From Antedon mediterranea (lineage: Eukaryota; Animalia; Echinodermata), in the NCBI RefSeq assembly GCF_964355755.1, contig NC_092676.1, forward strand, positions 13,068,771-13,132,770: a stretch of DNA of 64,000 nucleotides, read 5' to 3'. The notes beneath the pieces were generated by a model. That model ran no database searches and was not told where the DNA came from. It was given only the letters and a program-made list of their open reading frames with translations. Positions 1-11,200 of this stretch are shown piece after piece (within the stretch, counting starts at the first letter, position 1; each line of letters opens with the position of its first letter). Made by a program: the position numbers and the translations under genes.

Positions 1-87
1 TTTTCACACAAAAACATCAAAGTGTACAATATAGCTTCAAATCGCATTTAGAGAGGTTTTAGACCATTTTGTGCATTTCGATAAATC
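1..87 (+). repeat. Example type-A monomer (87 bp, most common class)
   Basis: Pattern ttttcacaca...aaagtgYacaaaatagcttcaaatcgcatttRgaga..ttttagaccattttgtgcatttcgataaaac; the next unit starts at 88. Confidence 0.95.
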
Positions 88-174
88 TTTTCACACAAAA
101 ACATCAAAGTGTACAAAATAACTTCAAATCGTATTTAGAGACGTTTTAGACCATTTTGTGCATTTTGATAAAAC

Positions 175-348
175 TTTTCACACAAAAACATCAAATTGCA
201 CAAAATAGCTTAATATCGTGTTTGAAAACGTTTTAAACCATTTTGAGCATGTCGATAAAACTTTTCACACAAAAACATCAAATTGCACAAAATAGCTTAA
301 TATCGTGTTTGAAAACGTTTTAAACCATTTTGAGCATGTCGATAAAAC
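175..348 (+). repeat. Two type-B monomers (87 bp each)
   Basis: Diagnostic aaattgcacaaaatagcttaata(t/c)cgtgtttgaaa...gagcatgtcgat; units at 175-261 and 262-348. Confidence 0.92.
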
Positions 349-435
349 TTTTCACACAAAAATATCAAAGTGCACAGAATATCTTCAAATCGCATTTAGA
401 GACGTTTTAGACCATTTTGTGCATTTCGAAAAAAT

Positions 436-523
436 TTGTTAACATAAAAAGACCAAAGTGTTTAGAATATCTCCAAATCGCATTTGGAGACGTTTTAGAC
501 CATTTTGTGCATTTCAATGAAAC
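436..523 (+). repeat. Example type-C monomer (88 bp)
   Basis: Diagnostic ttgttaacataaaaagaccaaagtgtttagaatatctccaaatcgc with an HpaI site GTTAAC; gcatttc anchors at 421 and 509 are 88 bp apart. Confidence 0.92.
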
Positions 524-601
524 TTGGTTACACAAAAACATCAAAGTGCTTAAAATCACATTTGAAACCGTTTTAGAGCATTTTTAGCATTTCGATAATA
601 C
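524..601 (+). repeat. Example type-D monomer (78 bp; 10-bp internal deletion)
   Basis: Sequence ttggttacacaaaaacatcaaagtgcttaaaatcacatttgaaaccgttttagagc; gcatttc anchors at 509 and 587 are 78 bp apart. Confidence 0.92.
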
Positions 602-3600
602 TTTTCACACAAAAACATCAAAGTGTACAAAATAGCTTCAAATCGCATTTGGAGACGTTTTAGACCATTTTGTGCATTTCGATGAAACTTGGTTACACAA
701 AAACATCAAAGTGCTTAAAATCACATTTGAAACCGTTTTAGACCATTTTGAGCATTTCGATAAAACTTTTCACACAAAAAAATCAAAGTGCACAAAATAG
801 CTTCAAATCGCATTTGGAGACGTTTTAGACTATTTTGTGCATTTCGAAAAAATTTGTTAACATAAAAAGATCAAAGTGTTTAGAATAACTCCAAATCGCA
901 TTTGGAGACGTTTTAAACCATTTTGTGCATTTCGATGGAACTTGGTTACACAAAAACATCAAAGTGCTTAAAATCACATTTAAAACCGTTTTAGAGCATT
1001 TTGAGCATTTCGATAAAACTTTTCACACAAAAACATCAAAGTGTACAAAATAGCTTCAAATCGCATTTAGAGAGGTTTTAGACCATTTTGTGCATTTCGA
1101 TAAAACTTTTCACACAAAAACATCAAAGTGTACAAAATAGCTTCAAATCGCATTTAGAGACGTTTTAGACCATTTTGTGCATTTCGATAAAACTTTTCAC
1201 ACAAAAACATCAAATTGCACAAAATAGCTTAATACCGTGTTTGAAATCGTTTTAAACAATTTTGAGCATGTCGATAAAACTTTTCACAAAAAAACATCAA
1301 AGTGCACAGAATAGCTTCAAATCGCATTTAGAGAAGTTTTAGACCATTTTGTGCATTTCGATAAAACTTTTCACACAAAAACATCAAATTGCACAAAATA
1401 GCTTAATATCGTGTTTGAAAACGTTTTAAACCATTTTGAGCATGTCGATAAAACTTTTCACACAAAAATATCAAAGTGCACAGAATATCTTCAAATCGCA
1501 TTTAGAGACGTTTTAGACCATTTTGTGCATTTCGAAAAAATTTGTTAACATAAAAAGACCAAAGTGTTTAGAATATCTCCAAATCGCATTTGGAGACGTT
1601 TTAGACCATTTTGAGCATGTCGATAAAACTTTTCACAAAAAAATATCAAAGTGCACAGAATATCTTCAAATCGCATTTAGAGACGTTTTAGACCATTTTG
1701 TGCATTTTCGATGAAACTTGGTTACACAAAAACATCAAAGTGCTTAAAATCACATTTAAAACCGTTTTAGAGCGTTTTGAGCATTTCGATAAAACTTTTC
1801 ACACAAAAACATCAAATTGCACAAAATAGCTTAATACCGTGTTTGAAATCATTTTAAACCATTTTGAGCATGTCGATAAAACTTTTCACACAAAAACATC
1901 AAAGTGCACAGAATATCTTCAAATCGCATTTAGAGACGTTTTAGACCATTTTGTGCATTTCGAAAAAATTTGTTAACATAAAAAGACCAAAGTGTTTAGA
2001 ATATCTCCAAATCGCAATTTGAGACGTTTTAGACCATTTTGTGCATTTCGATGAAACTTGGTTACACAAAAACATCAAAGTGCTTAAAATCACATTTGAA
2101 ACCGTTTTAGAGCATTTTGAGCATTTCGATAAAACTTTTCACACAAAAACATCAAAGTGTACAAAATAGCTTCAAATCACATTTGAAACCGTTTTAGACC
2201 ATTTTGAGCATTTCGATAAAACTTTTCACACAAAAACATCAAAGTGTACAAAATAGCTTCAAATCGCATTTGGAGACGTTTTAGACCATTTTGTGCATTT
2301 CGATGAAACTTGGTTACACAAAAACATCAAAGTGCTTAAAATCACATTTGAAACCGTTTTAGAGCATTTTTAGCATTTCGATAATACTTTTCACACAAAA
2401 ACATCAAAGTGTACAAAATAGCTTCAAATCGCATTTAGAGATGTTTTAGACCATTTTGTGCAATTCGATAAAACTTTTCACACAAAAACATCAAATTGCA
2501 CAAAATAGCTTAATATCGTGTTTGAAAACGTTTTAGACCATTTTGAGCATGTCGATAAAACTTTTCACACAAAAACATAAAAGTGAACAGAATAGCTTCA
2601 AATTGCATTTGGAGACGTTTTAGAGCATTTTGTGCATTTCGATAAAATGTGTTAACATAAAAAGACCAAAGTGTTTAGAATATCACAAATCACATTTGGA
2701 GACGTTTTAGACCATTTTTTGCATTTCGATGAAACTTGGTTACACAAAAACATCAAAGTGCTTAAAATCACATTTAAAACCGTTTTAGAGCATTTTGAGC
2801 ATTTCGATAAAACTTTTCACACAAAAACATCAAAGTGTACAAAATAGCTTCAAATCGCATTTAGAGAGGTTTTAGACCATTTTGTGCATTTCGATAAAAC
2901 TTTTCACACAAAAACATCAAAGTGTACAAAATAACTTCAAATCGTATTTAGAGACGTTTTAGACCATTTTGTGCATTTTGATAAAACTTTTCACACAAAA
3001 ACATCAAATTGCACAAAATAGCTTAATATCGTGTTTGAAAACGTTTTAAACCATTTTGAGCATGTCGATAAAACTTTTCACACAAAAATATCAAAGTGCA
3101 CAGAATATCTTCAAATCGCATTTAGAGACGTTTTAGACCATTTTGTGCATTTCGAAAAAATTTGTTAACATAAAAAGACCAAAGTGTTTAGAATATCTCC
3201 AAATCGGATTTGGAGACGTTTTAGACCATTTTGTGCATTTCAATGAAACTTGGTTACACAAAAACATCAAAGTGCTTAAAATCACATTTGAAACCGTTTT
3301 AGAGCATTTTGAGCATTTCGATAAAACTTTTCACACAAAAACATCAAAGTGTACAAAATAGCTTCAAATCACATTTGAAACCGTTTTAGACCATTTTGAG
3401 CATTTCGATAAAACTTTTCACACAAAAACATCAAAGTGTACAAAATAGCTTCAAATCGCATTTGGAGACGTTTTAGACCACTTTGTGCATTTCGATGAAA
3501 CTTGGTTACACAAAAACATCAAAGTGCTTAAAATCACATTTGAAACCGTTTTAGAGCATTTTTAGCATTTCGATAATACTTTTCACACAAAAACATCAAA

Positions 3601-5282
3601 GTGTACAAAATAGCTTCAAATCGCATTTGGAGACGTTTTAGACCATTTTGTGCATTTCGATGAAACTTGGTAACACAAAAACATCAAAGTGCTTAAAATC
3701 ACATTTGAAACCGTTTTAGACCATTTTGAGCATTTCGATAAAACTTTTCACACAAAAAAATCAAAGTGCACAAAATAGCTTCAAATCGCATTTGGAGAGG
3801 TTTTAGACCATTTTGTGCATTTCGATAAAACTTTTCATACAAAAACATCAAAGTGTACAAAATAGCTTCAAATCGCATTTAGAGACGTTTTAGACCATTT
3901 TGTGCATTTCGATGAAACTTGGTTACACAAAAACATCAAAGTGCTTAAAATCACATTTAAAACCGTTTTAGAGCGTTTTGAGCATTTCGATAAACTTTTT
4001 ACAAAAAAACATCAAAGTGCACAAAATAGCTTCAAATCGCATTTAGAGATGTTTTAGACCATTTTGTGCATTTCGATAAAACTTTTCACACAAAAACATC
4101 AAATTGCACAAAATAGCTTAATACCGTGTTTGAAATCATTTTAAACCATTTTGAGCATGTCGATAAAACTTTTCACACAAAAACATCAAAGTGCACAGAA
4201 TATCTTCAAATCGCATTTAGAGACGTTTTAGACCATTTTGTGCATTTCGAAAAAATTTGTTAACATAAAAAGACCAAAGTGTTTAGAATATCTCCAAATC
4301 GCATTTGGAGACGTTTTAGACCATTTTGTGCATTTCGATGAAACTTGGTTACACAAAAACATCAAAGTGCTTAAAATCACATTTGAAACCGTTTTAGAGC
4401 ATTTTGAGCATTTCGATAAAACTTTTCACACAAAAAAATCAAAGTGTACAAAATAGCTTCAAATCACATTTGAAACCGTTTTAGACCATTTTGAGCATTT
4501 CGATAAAACTTTTCACACAAAAACATCAAAGTGTACAAAATAGCTTCAAATCTCATTTGGAGACGTTTTAGACCACTTTGTGCATTTCGATGAAACTTGG
4601 TTACACAAAAACATCAAAGTGCTTAAAATCACATTTGAAACCGTTTTAGAGCATTTTTAGCATTTCGATAATACTTTTCACACAAAAACATCAAAGTGTA
4701 CAAAATAGCTTCAAATCGCATTTGGAGACGTTTTAGACCATTTTGTGCATTTCGATGAAACTTGGTAACACAAAAACATCAAAGTGCTTAAAATCACATT
4801 TGAAACCGTTTTAGACCATTTTGAGCATTTCGATAAAACTTTTCACACAAAAAAATCAAAGTGCACAAAATAGCTTCAAATCGCATTTGGGGACGTTTTA
4901 GACTATTTTGTGCATTTCGAAAAAATTTGTTAACATAAAAAGACCAAAGTGTTTAGAATATCTCCAAATCGCATTTGGAGACGTTTTAAACCATTTTGTG
5001 CATTTCGATGGAACTTGGTTACACAAAAACATCAAAGTGCTTAAAATCACATTTAAAACCGTTTTAGAGCATTTTTAGCATTTCGATAAAACATTTCACA
5101 CAAAAACATCAAAGTGCACAAAATAGCTTCAAATCGCATTTAGAGATGTTTTAGACCATTTTGTGCATTTCGATAAAACTTTTCACACAAAAACATCAAA
5201 TTGCACAAAATAGCTTAATACCGTGTTTGAAATCATTTTAAACCATTTTGAGCATGTCGATAAAACTTTTCACACAAAAACA

Positions 5283-8200
5283 TCAAAGTGCACAAAATAG
5301 CTTCAAATCGCATTTGGAGACGTTTTAGACTATTTTGTGCATTTTGAAAAAATTTGTTAACATAAAAAGACCAAAGTGTTTAGAATATCTCCAAATCGCA
5401 TTTGGAGACGTTTTAGACCATTTTGTGCATTTCGATGGAACTTGGTTACACAAAAACATCAAAGTGCTTAAAATCACATTTAAAACCGTTTTAGAGCATT
5501 TTGAGCATTTCGATAAAACTTTTCACACAAAAACATCAAATTGCACAAAATAGCTTAATACCGTGTTTGAAATCGTTTTAAACCATTTTGAGCATGTCGA
5601 TAAAACTTTACACAAAAAAACATCAAAGTGCACAGAATAGCTTCAAATCGCATTTGGAGACGTTTTAAACCATTTTGTGCATTTCGATAAAACTTTTCAC
5701 ATAAAAACAACAAAGTGTACAAAATAGCTTCAAATCGCATTTAGAGACGTTTTAGACCATTTTGGGAATTTCGATGAAACTTGGTTACACAAATACATAA
5801 AAATGCTTAAAATCACATTTCAAACCGTTTTAGAGCATTTTGAGCATTTCGATAAAACTTTTCACACAAAAACATCAAAGTGCACAAAATAGCTTCAAAT
5901 CGCATTTAGAGATGTTTTAGACCATTTTGTGCAATTCGATAAAACTTTTCACACAAAAACATCAAATTGCACAAAATAGCTTAATATCGTGTTTGAAAAC
6001 GTTTTAGACCATTTTGAGCATGTCGATAAAACTTTTCACACAAAAACATAAAAGTGAACAGAATAGCTTCAAATTGCATTTGGAGACGTTTTAGAGCATT
6101 TTGTGCATTTCGATAAAATGTGTTAACATAAAAAGACCAAAGTGTTTAGAATATCTTCAAATCACATTTGGAGACGTACTTTAGACCATTTTTTGCATTT
6201 CGATGAAACTTGGTTACACAAAAACATCAAAGTGCTTAAAATCACATTTAAAACCGTTTTAGAGCATTTTGAGCATTTCGATAAAACTTTTCACACAAAA
6301 ACATCAAAGTGTACAAAATAGCTTCAAATCGCATTTAGAGAGGTTTTAGACCATTTTGTGCATTTCGATAAAACTTTTCACACAAAAACATCAAAGTGTA
6401 CAAAATAACTTCAAATCGTATTTAGAGACGTTTTAGACCATTTTGTGCATTTTGTTAAAACTTTTCACACAAAAACATCAAATTGCACAAAATAGCTTAA
6501 TATCGTGTTTGAAAACGTTTTAAACCATTTTGAGCATGTCGATAAAACTTTTCACACAAAAATATCAAAGTGCACAGAATATCTTCAAATCGCATTTAGA
6601 GACGTTTTAGACCATTTTGTGCATTTCGAAAAAATTTGTTAACATAAAAAGACCAAAGTGTTTAGAATATCTCCAAATCGCATTTGGAGACGTTTTAGAC
6701 CATTTTGTGTTTTTCGAAAAAACTTTTCACACAAAAACATCAAAGTTTACAAAATTGCTTCAAATCGCAATTGGAGACGTTTTAGACCATTTTGTGATTT
6801 TCGAAAAACTTTTCACACAAAAACATCAAAGTGTAGAAAATTGCTTCAAATCGCAAAAAAAATGTTTTGAGAGATGTTTTAAAACAATTTTGTGCATTTC
6901 GAAAAAATTTGTTAACATAAAAAGACCAAAGTGTTTAGAATATCTCCAAATCGCATTTGGAGACGTTTTAGACCATTTTGTGCATTTCGATGACACTTGG
7001 TTACACAAAAACATCAAAGTGCTTAAAATCACATTTAAAACCGTTTTAGAGCATTTTTAGCATTTCGATAATACTTTTCACACAAAAACATCAAAGTGTA
7101 CAAAATAGCTTCAAATCGCATTTGGAGACGTTTTAGACCATTTTGTGCGTTTCGATGAATCTTGGTTACACAAAAACATCAAAGTGCTTAAAATCACATT
7201 TAAAACCGTTTTAGTGCATTTTGAGCATTTCGATAAAACTTTTCACACAAAAACATCAAATTGCACAAAATAGCTTAATATCGTGTTTGAAAACGTTTTA
7301 GACCATTTTGAGCATGTCGATAAAACTTTTCACACAAAAACATAAAAGTGAACAGAATATCTTCAAATCGCATTTAGAGATGTTTTAGACCATTTTGTGC
7401 GTTTCGATAAAACTTCTCACACAAAAACATCAAATTGCACAAAATAGCTTAATATCGTGTTTGAAAACGTTTTAGACCATTTTGAGCATGTCGATAAAAC
7501 TTTTCACACAAAAACATAAAAGTGCACAGAATAGCTTCAAATCGCATTTGGAGACGTTTTAGACCATTTTGTGCATTTCGAAAAAACTTTTTAACATAAA
7601 AACACCAAAGTGCTTAGAATAGCTTCAAATCGCATTTGGAGACGTTTTAGACCTTTTTGTGCATATCGATGAAACTTGGTTACACAAAAACATCAAAGTG
7701 CTTAAAATCACATTTGAAACCGTTTTAGAGCATTTTGAGCATTTCGATAAAACTTTTCACACAAAAACATCAAAGTGTACAAAATAGCTTCAAATCACAT
7801 TTGAAACCGTTTTAGACCATTTTGAGCATTTCGATAAAACTTTTCACACAAAAACATCAAAGTGTACAAAATAGCTTCAAATCGCATTTGGAGACGTTTT
7901 AGACCATTTTGTGCATTTCGATGAAACTTGGTTACACAAAAACATCAAAGTGCTTAAAATTACATTTGAAACCGTTTTAGAGCATTTTGAGCATTTCGAT
8001 AATACTTTTCACACAAAAACATCAAAGTGTACAAAATAGCTTCAAATCGCATTTGGAGACGTTTTAGACCATTTTGTGCATTTCGATGAAACTTGGTTAC
8101 ACAAAAACATCAAAGTGCTTAAAATCACATTTGAAACCGTTTTAGACCATTTTGAGCGTTTCGATAAAACTTTTCACACAAATAAATCAGAGTCCACAAA

Positions 8201-9009
8201 ATAGCTTCAAATCGCATTTGGAGACGTTTTAGACTATTTTGTGCATTTCGAAAAAATTTGTTAACATAAAAAGACCAAAGTGTTTAGAATATCTCCAAAT
8301 CGCATTTGGAGACGTTTTAAACCATTTTGTGCATTTCGATGGAACTTGGTTACACAAAAACATCAAAGTGCTTAAAATCACATTTAAAACCGTTTTAGAG
8401 CATTTTGAGCATTTCGATAAAACTTTTCACACAAAAACATCAAAGTGTACAAAATAGCTTCAAATCGCATTTAGAGAGGTTTTAGACCATTTTGTGCATT
8501 TTGATAAAACTTTTCACACAAAAACATCAAATTGCACAAAATAGCTTAATACCATGTTTGAAATCGTTTTAAACCATTTTGAGCATGTCGATAAAACTTT
8601 TCACAAAAAAACATCAAAGTGCACAGAATAGCTTCAAATCGCATTTGGAGACGTTTTAAACCATTTTGTGCATTTCGATAAAACTTTTCACATAAAAACA
8701 TCAAAGTGTACAAAATAGCTTCAAATCGCATTTAGAGACGTTTTAGACCATTTTGGGCATTTCGATGAAACTTGGTTACACAAATACATAAAAGTGCTTA
8801 AAATCACATTTAAAACCGTTTTAGAGCATTTTGAGCATTTCGATAAAACTTTTCACACAAAAACATCAAAGTGTACAAAATAGCTTCAAATCACATTTGA
8901 AACCGTTTTAGACCATTTTGAGCATTTCGATAAAACTTTTCACACAAAAACATCAAAGTGTACAAAATAGCTTCAAATCGCATTTGGAGACGTTTTAGAC
9001 CATTTTGTG
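5283..9009 (+). repeat. Higher-order block recurring at ~23854-27580 (offset 18571) and partly at ~32250-34700 (offset 26063)
   Basis: ORF starts 5335/6617/8239 vs 23906/25188/26810 vs 32680/34302. Shared AC insertion (gagacgtacttt at ~6178 and ~24749) and shared +11-bp poly-A insertion monomer. Confidence 0.88.
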
Positions 9010-11200
9010 TATTTCGATGAAACTTGGTTACACAAAAACATCAAAGTGCTTAAAATCACATTTGAAACCGTTTTAGAGCATTTTTAGCATTTCGATAATA
9101 CTTTTCACACAAAAACATCAAAGTGTACAAAATAGCTTCAAATCGCATTTGGAGACGTTTTAGACCATTTTGTGCGTTTCAATGAATCTTGGTTACACAA
9201 AAACATCAAAGTGCTTAAAATCACATTTAAAACCGTTTTAGTGCATTTTGAGCATTTCGATAAAACTTTTCACACAAAAACATCAAATTGCACAAAATAG
9301 CTTAATATCGTGTTTGAAAACGTTTTAGACCATTTTGAGCATGTCGATAAAACTTTTCACACAAAAACATAAAAGTGAACAGAATATCTTCAAATCGCAT
9401 TTAGAGATGTTTTAGACCATTTTGTGCGTTTCGATAAAACTTCTCACACAAAAACATCAAATTGCACAAAATAGCTTAATATCGTGTTTGAAAACGTTTT
9501 AGACCATTTTGAGCATGTCGATAAAACTTTTCACACAAAAACATAAAAGTGCACAGAATAGCTTCAAATCGCATTTGGAGACGTTTTAGACCATTTTGTG
9601 CATTTCGAAAAAACTTTTTAACATAAAAACACCAAAGTGCTTAGAATAGCTTCAAATCGCATTTGGAGACGTTTTAGACCTTTTTGTGCATATCGATGAA
9701 ACTTGGTTACACAAAAACATCAAAGTGCTTAAAATCACATTTGAAACCGTTTTAGAGCATTTTGAGCATTTCGATAAAACTTTTCACACAAAAACATCAA
9801 AGTGTACAAAATAGCTTCAAATCACATTTGAAACCGTTTTAGACCATTTTGAGCATTTCGATAAAACTTTTCACACAAAAACATCAAAGTGTACAAAATA
9901 GCTTCAAATCGCATTTGGAGACGTTTTAGACCATTTTGTGCATTTCGATGAAACTTGGTTACACAAAAACATCAAAGTGCTTAAAATTACAATTTAAAGC
10001 GTTTTAGAGCATTTTGAGCATTTCGATAATACTTTTCACACAAAAACATCAAAGTGTACAAAATAGCTTCAAATCGCATTTGGAGACGTTTTAGACCATT
10101 TTGTGCATTTCGATGAAACTTGGTTACACAAAAACATCAAAGTGCTTAAAATCACATTTGAAACCGTTTTAGACCATTTTGAGCGTTTCGATAAAACTTT
10201 TCACACAAATAAATCAGAGTCCACAAAATAGCTTCAAATCGCATTTGGAGACGTTTTAGACTATTTTGTGCATTTCGAAAAAATTTGTTAACATAAAAAG
10301 ACCAAAGTGTTTAGAATATCTCCAAATCGCATTTGGAGACGTTTTAAACCATTTTGTGCATTTCGATGGAACTTGGTTACACAAAAACATCAAAGTGCTT
10401 AAAATCACATTTAAAACCGTTTTAGAGCATTTTGAGCATTTCGATAAAACTTTTCACACAAAAACATCAAAGTGTACAAAATAGCTTCAAATCGCATTTA
10501 GAGAGGTTTTAGACCATTTTGTGCATTTTGATAAAACTTTTCACACAAAAACATCAAATTGCACAAAATAGCTTAATACCATGTTTGAAATCGTTTTAAA
10601 CCATTTTGAGCATGTCGATAAAACTTTTCACAAAAAAACATCAAAGTGCACAGAATAGCTTCAAATCGCATTTGGAGACGTTTTAAACCATTTTGTGCAT
10701 TTCGATAAAACTTTTCACATAAAAACATCAAAGTGTACAAAATAGCTTCAAATCGCATTTAGAGACGTTTTAGACCATTTTGGGCATTTCGATGAAACTT
10801 GGTTACACAAATACATAAAAGTGCTTAAAATCACATTTAAAACCGTTTTAGAGCATTTTGAGCATTTCGATAAAACTTTTCACACAAAAACATCAAAGTG
10901 TACAAAATAGCTTCAAATCACATTTGAAACCGTTTTAGACCATTTTGAGCATTTCGATAAAACTTTTCACACAAAAACATCAAAGTGTACAAAATAGCTT
11001 CAAATCGCATTTGGAGACGTTTTAGACCATTTTGTGTATTTCGATGAAACTTGGTTACACAAAAACATCAAAGTGCTTAAAATCACATTTGAAACCGTTT
11101 TAGAGCATTTTTAGCATTTCGATAATACTTTTCACACAAAAACATCAAAGTGTACAAAATAGCTTCAAATTGCATTTGGAGACGTTTTAGACCATTTTGT
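7040..11200 (+). repeat. Local tandem duplication, 2027-bp unit x2
   Basis: gtgcgtttc marker at 7149 and 9176; ORFs 8239/10266 and 8546/10573 are each offset by 2027. Confidence 0.88.

Larger units (their letters stand above)
1..1610 (+). repeat. Higher-order block recurring at ~37689-39300 (offset 37688); its first ~500 bp also recur at ~11547
   Basis: Shared rare variants gtacaatatag, gataaatctttt, aaaagatcaaag/gaataactcc and gagaagtttt; ORF starts 1523 vs 39211. Confidence 0.8.

Noticed and set aside
1-87. tRNA- or SINE-derived tandem unit (tRNA-like length, TTCGA and TTCAAATC motifs)
   Set aside because: No cloverleaf, acceptor stem or correctly spaced A/B boxes are visible, and the unit is too A/T-tract rich. 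tRNAscan-SE or Infernal would settle it.
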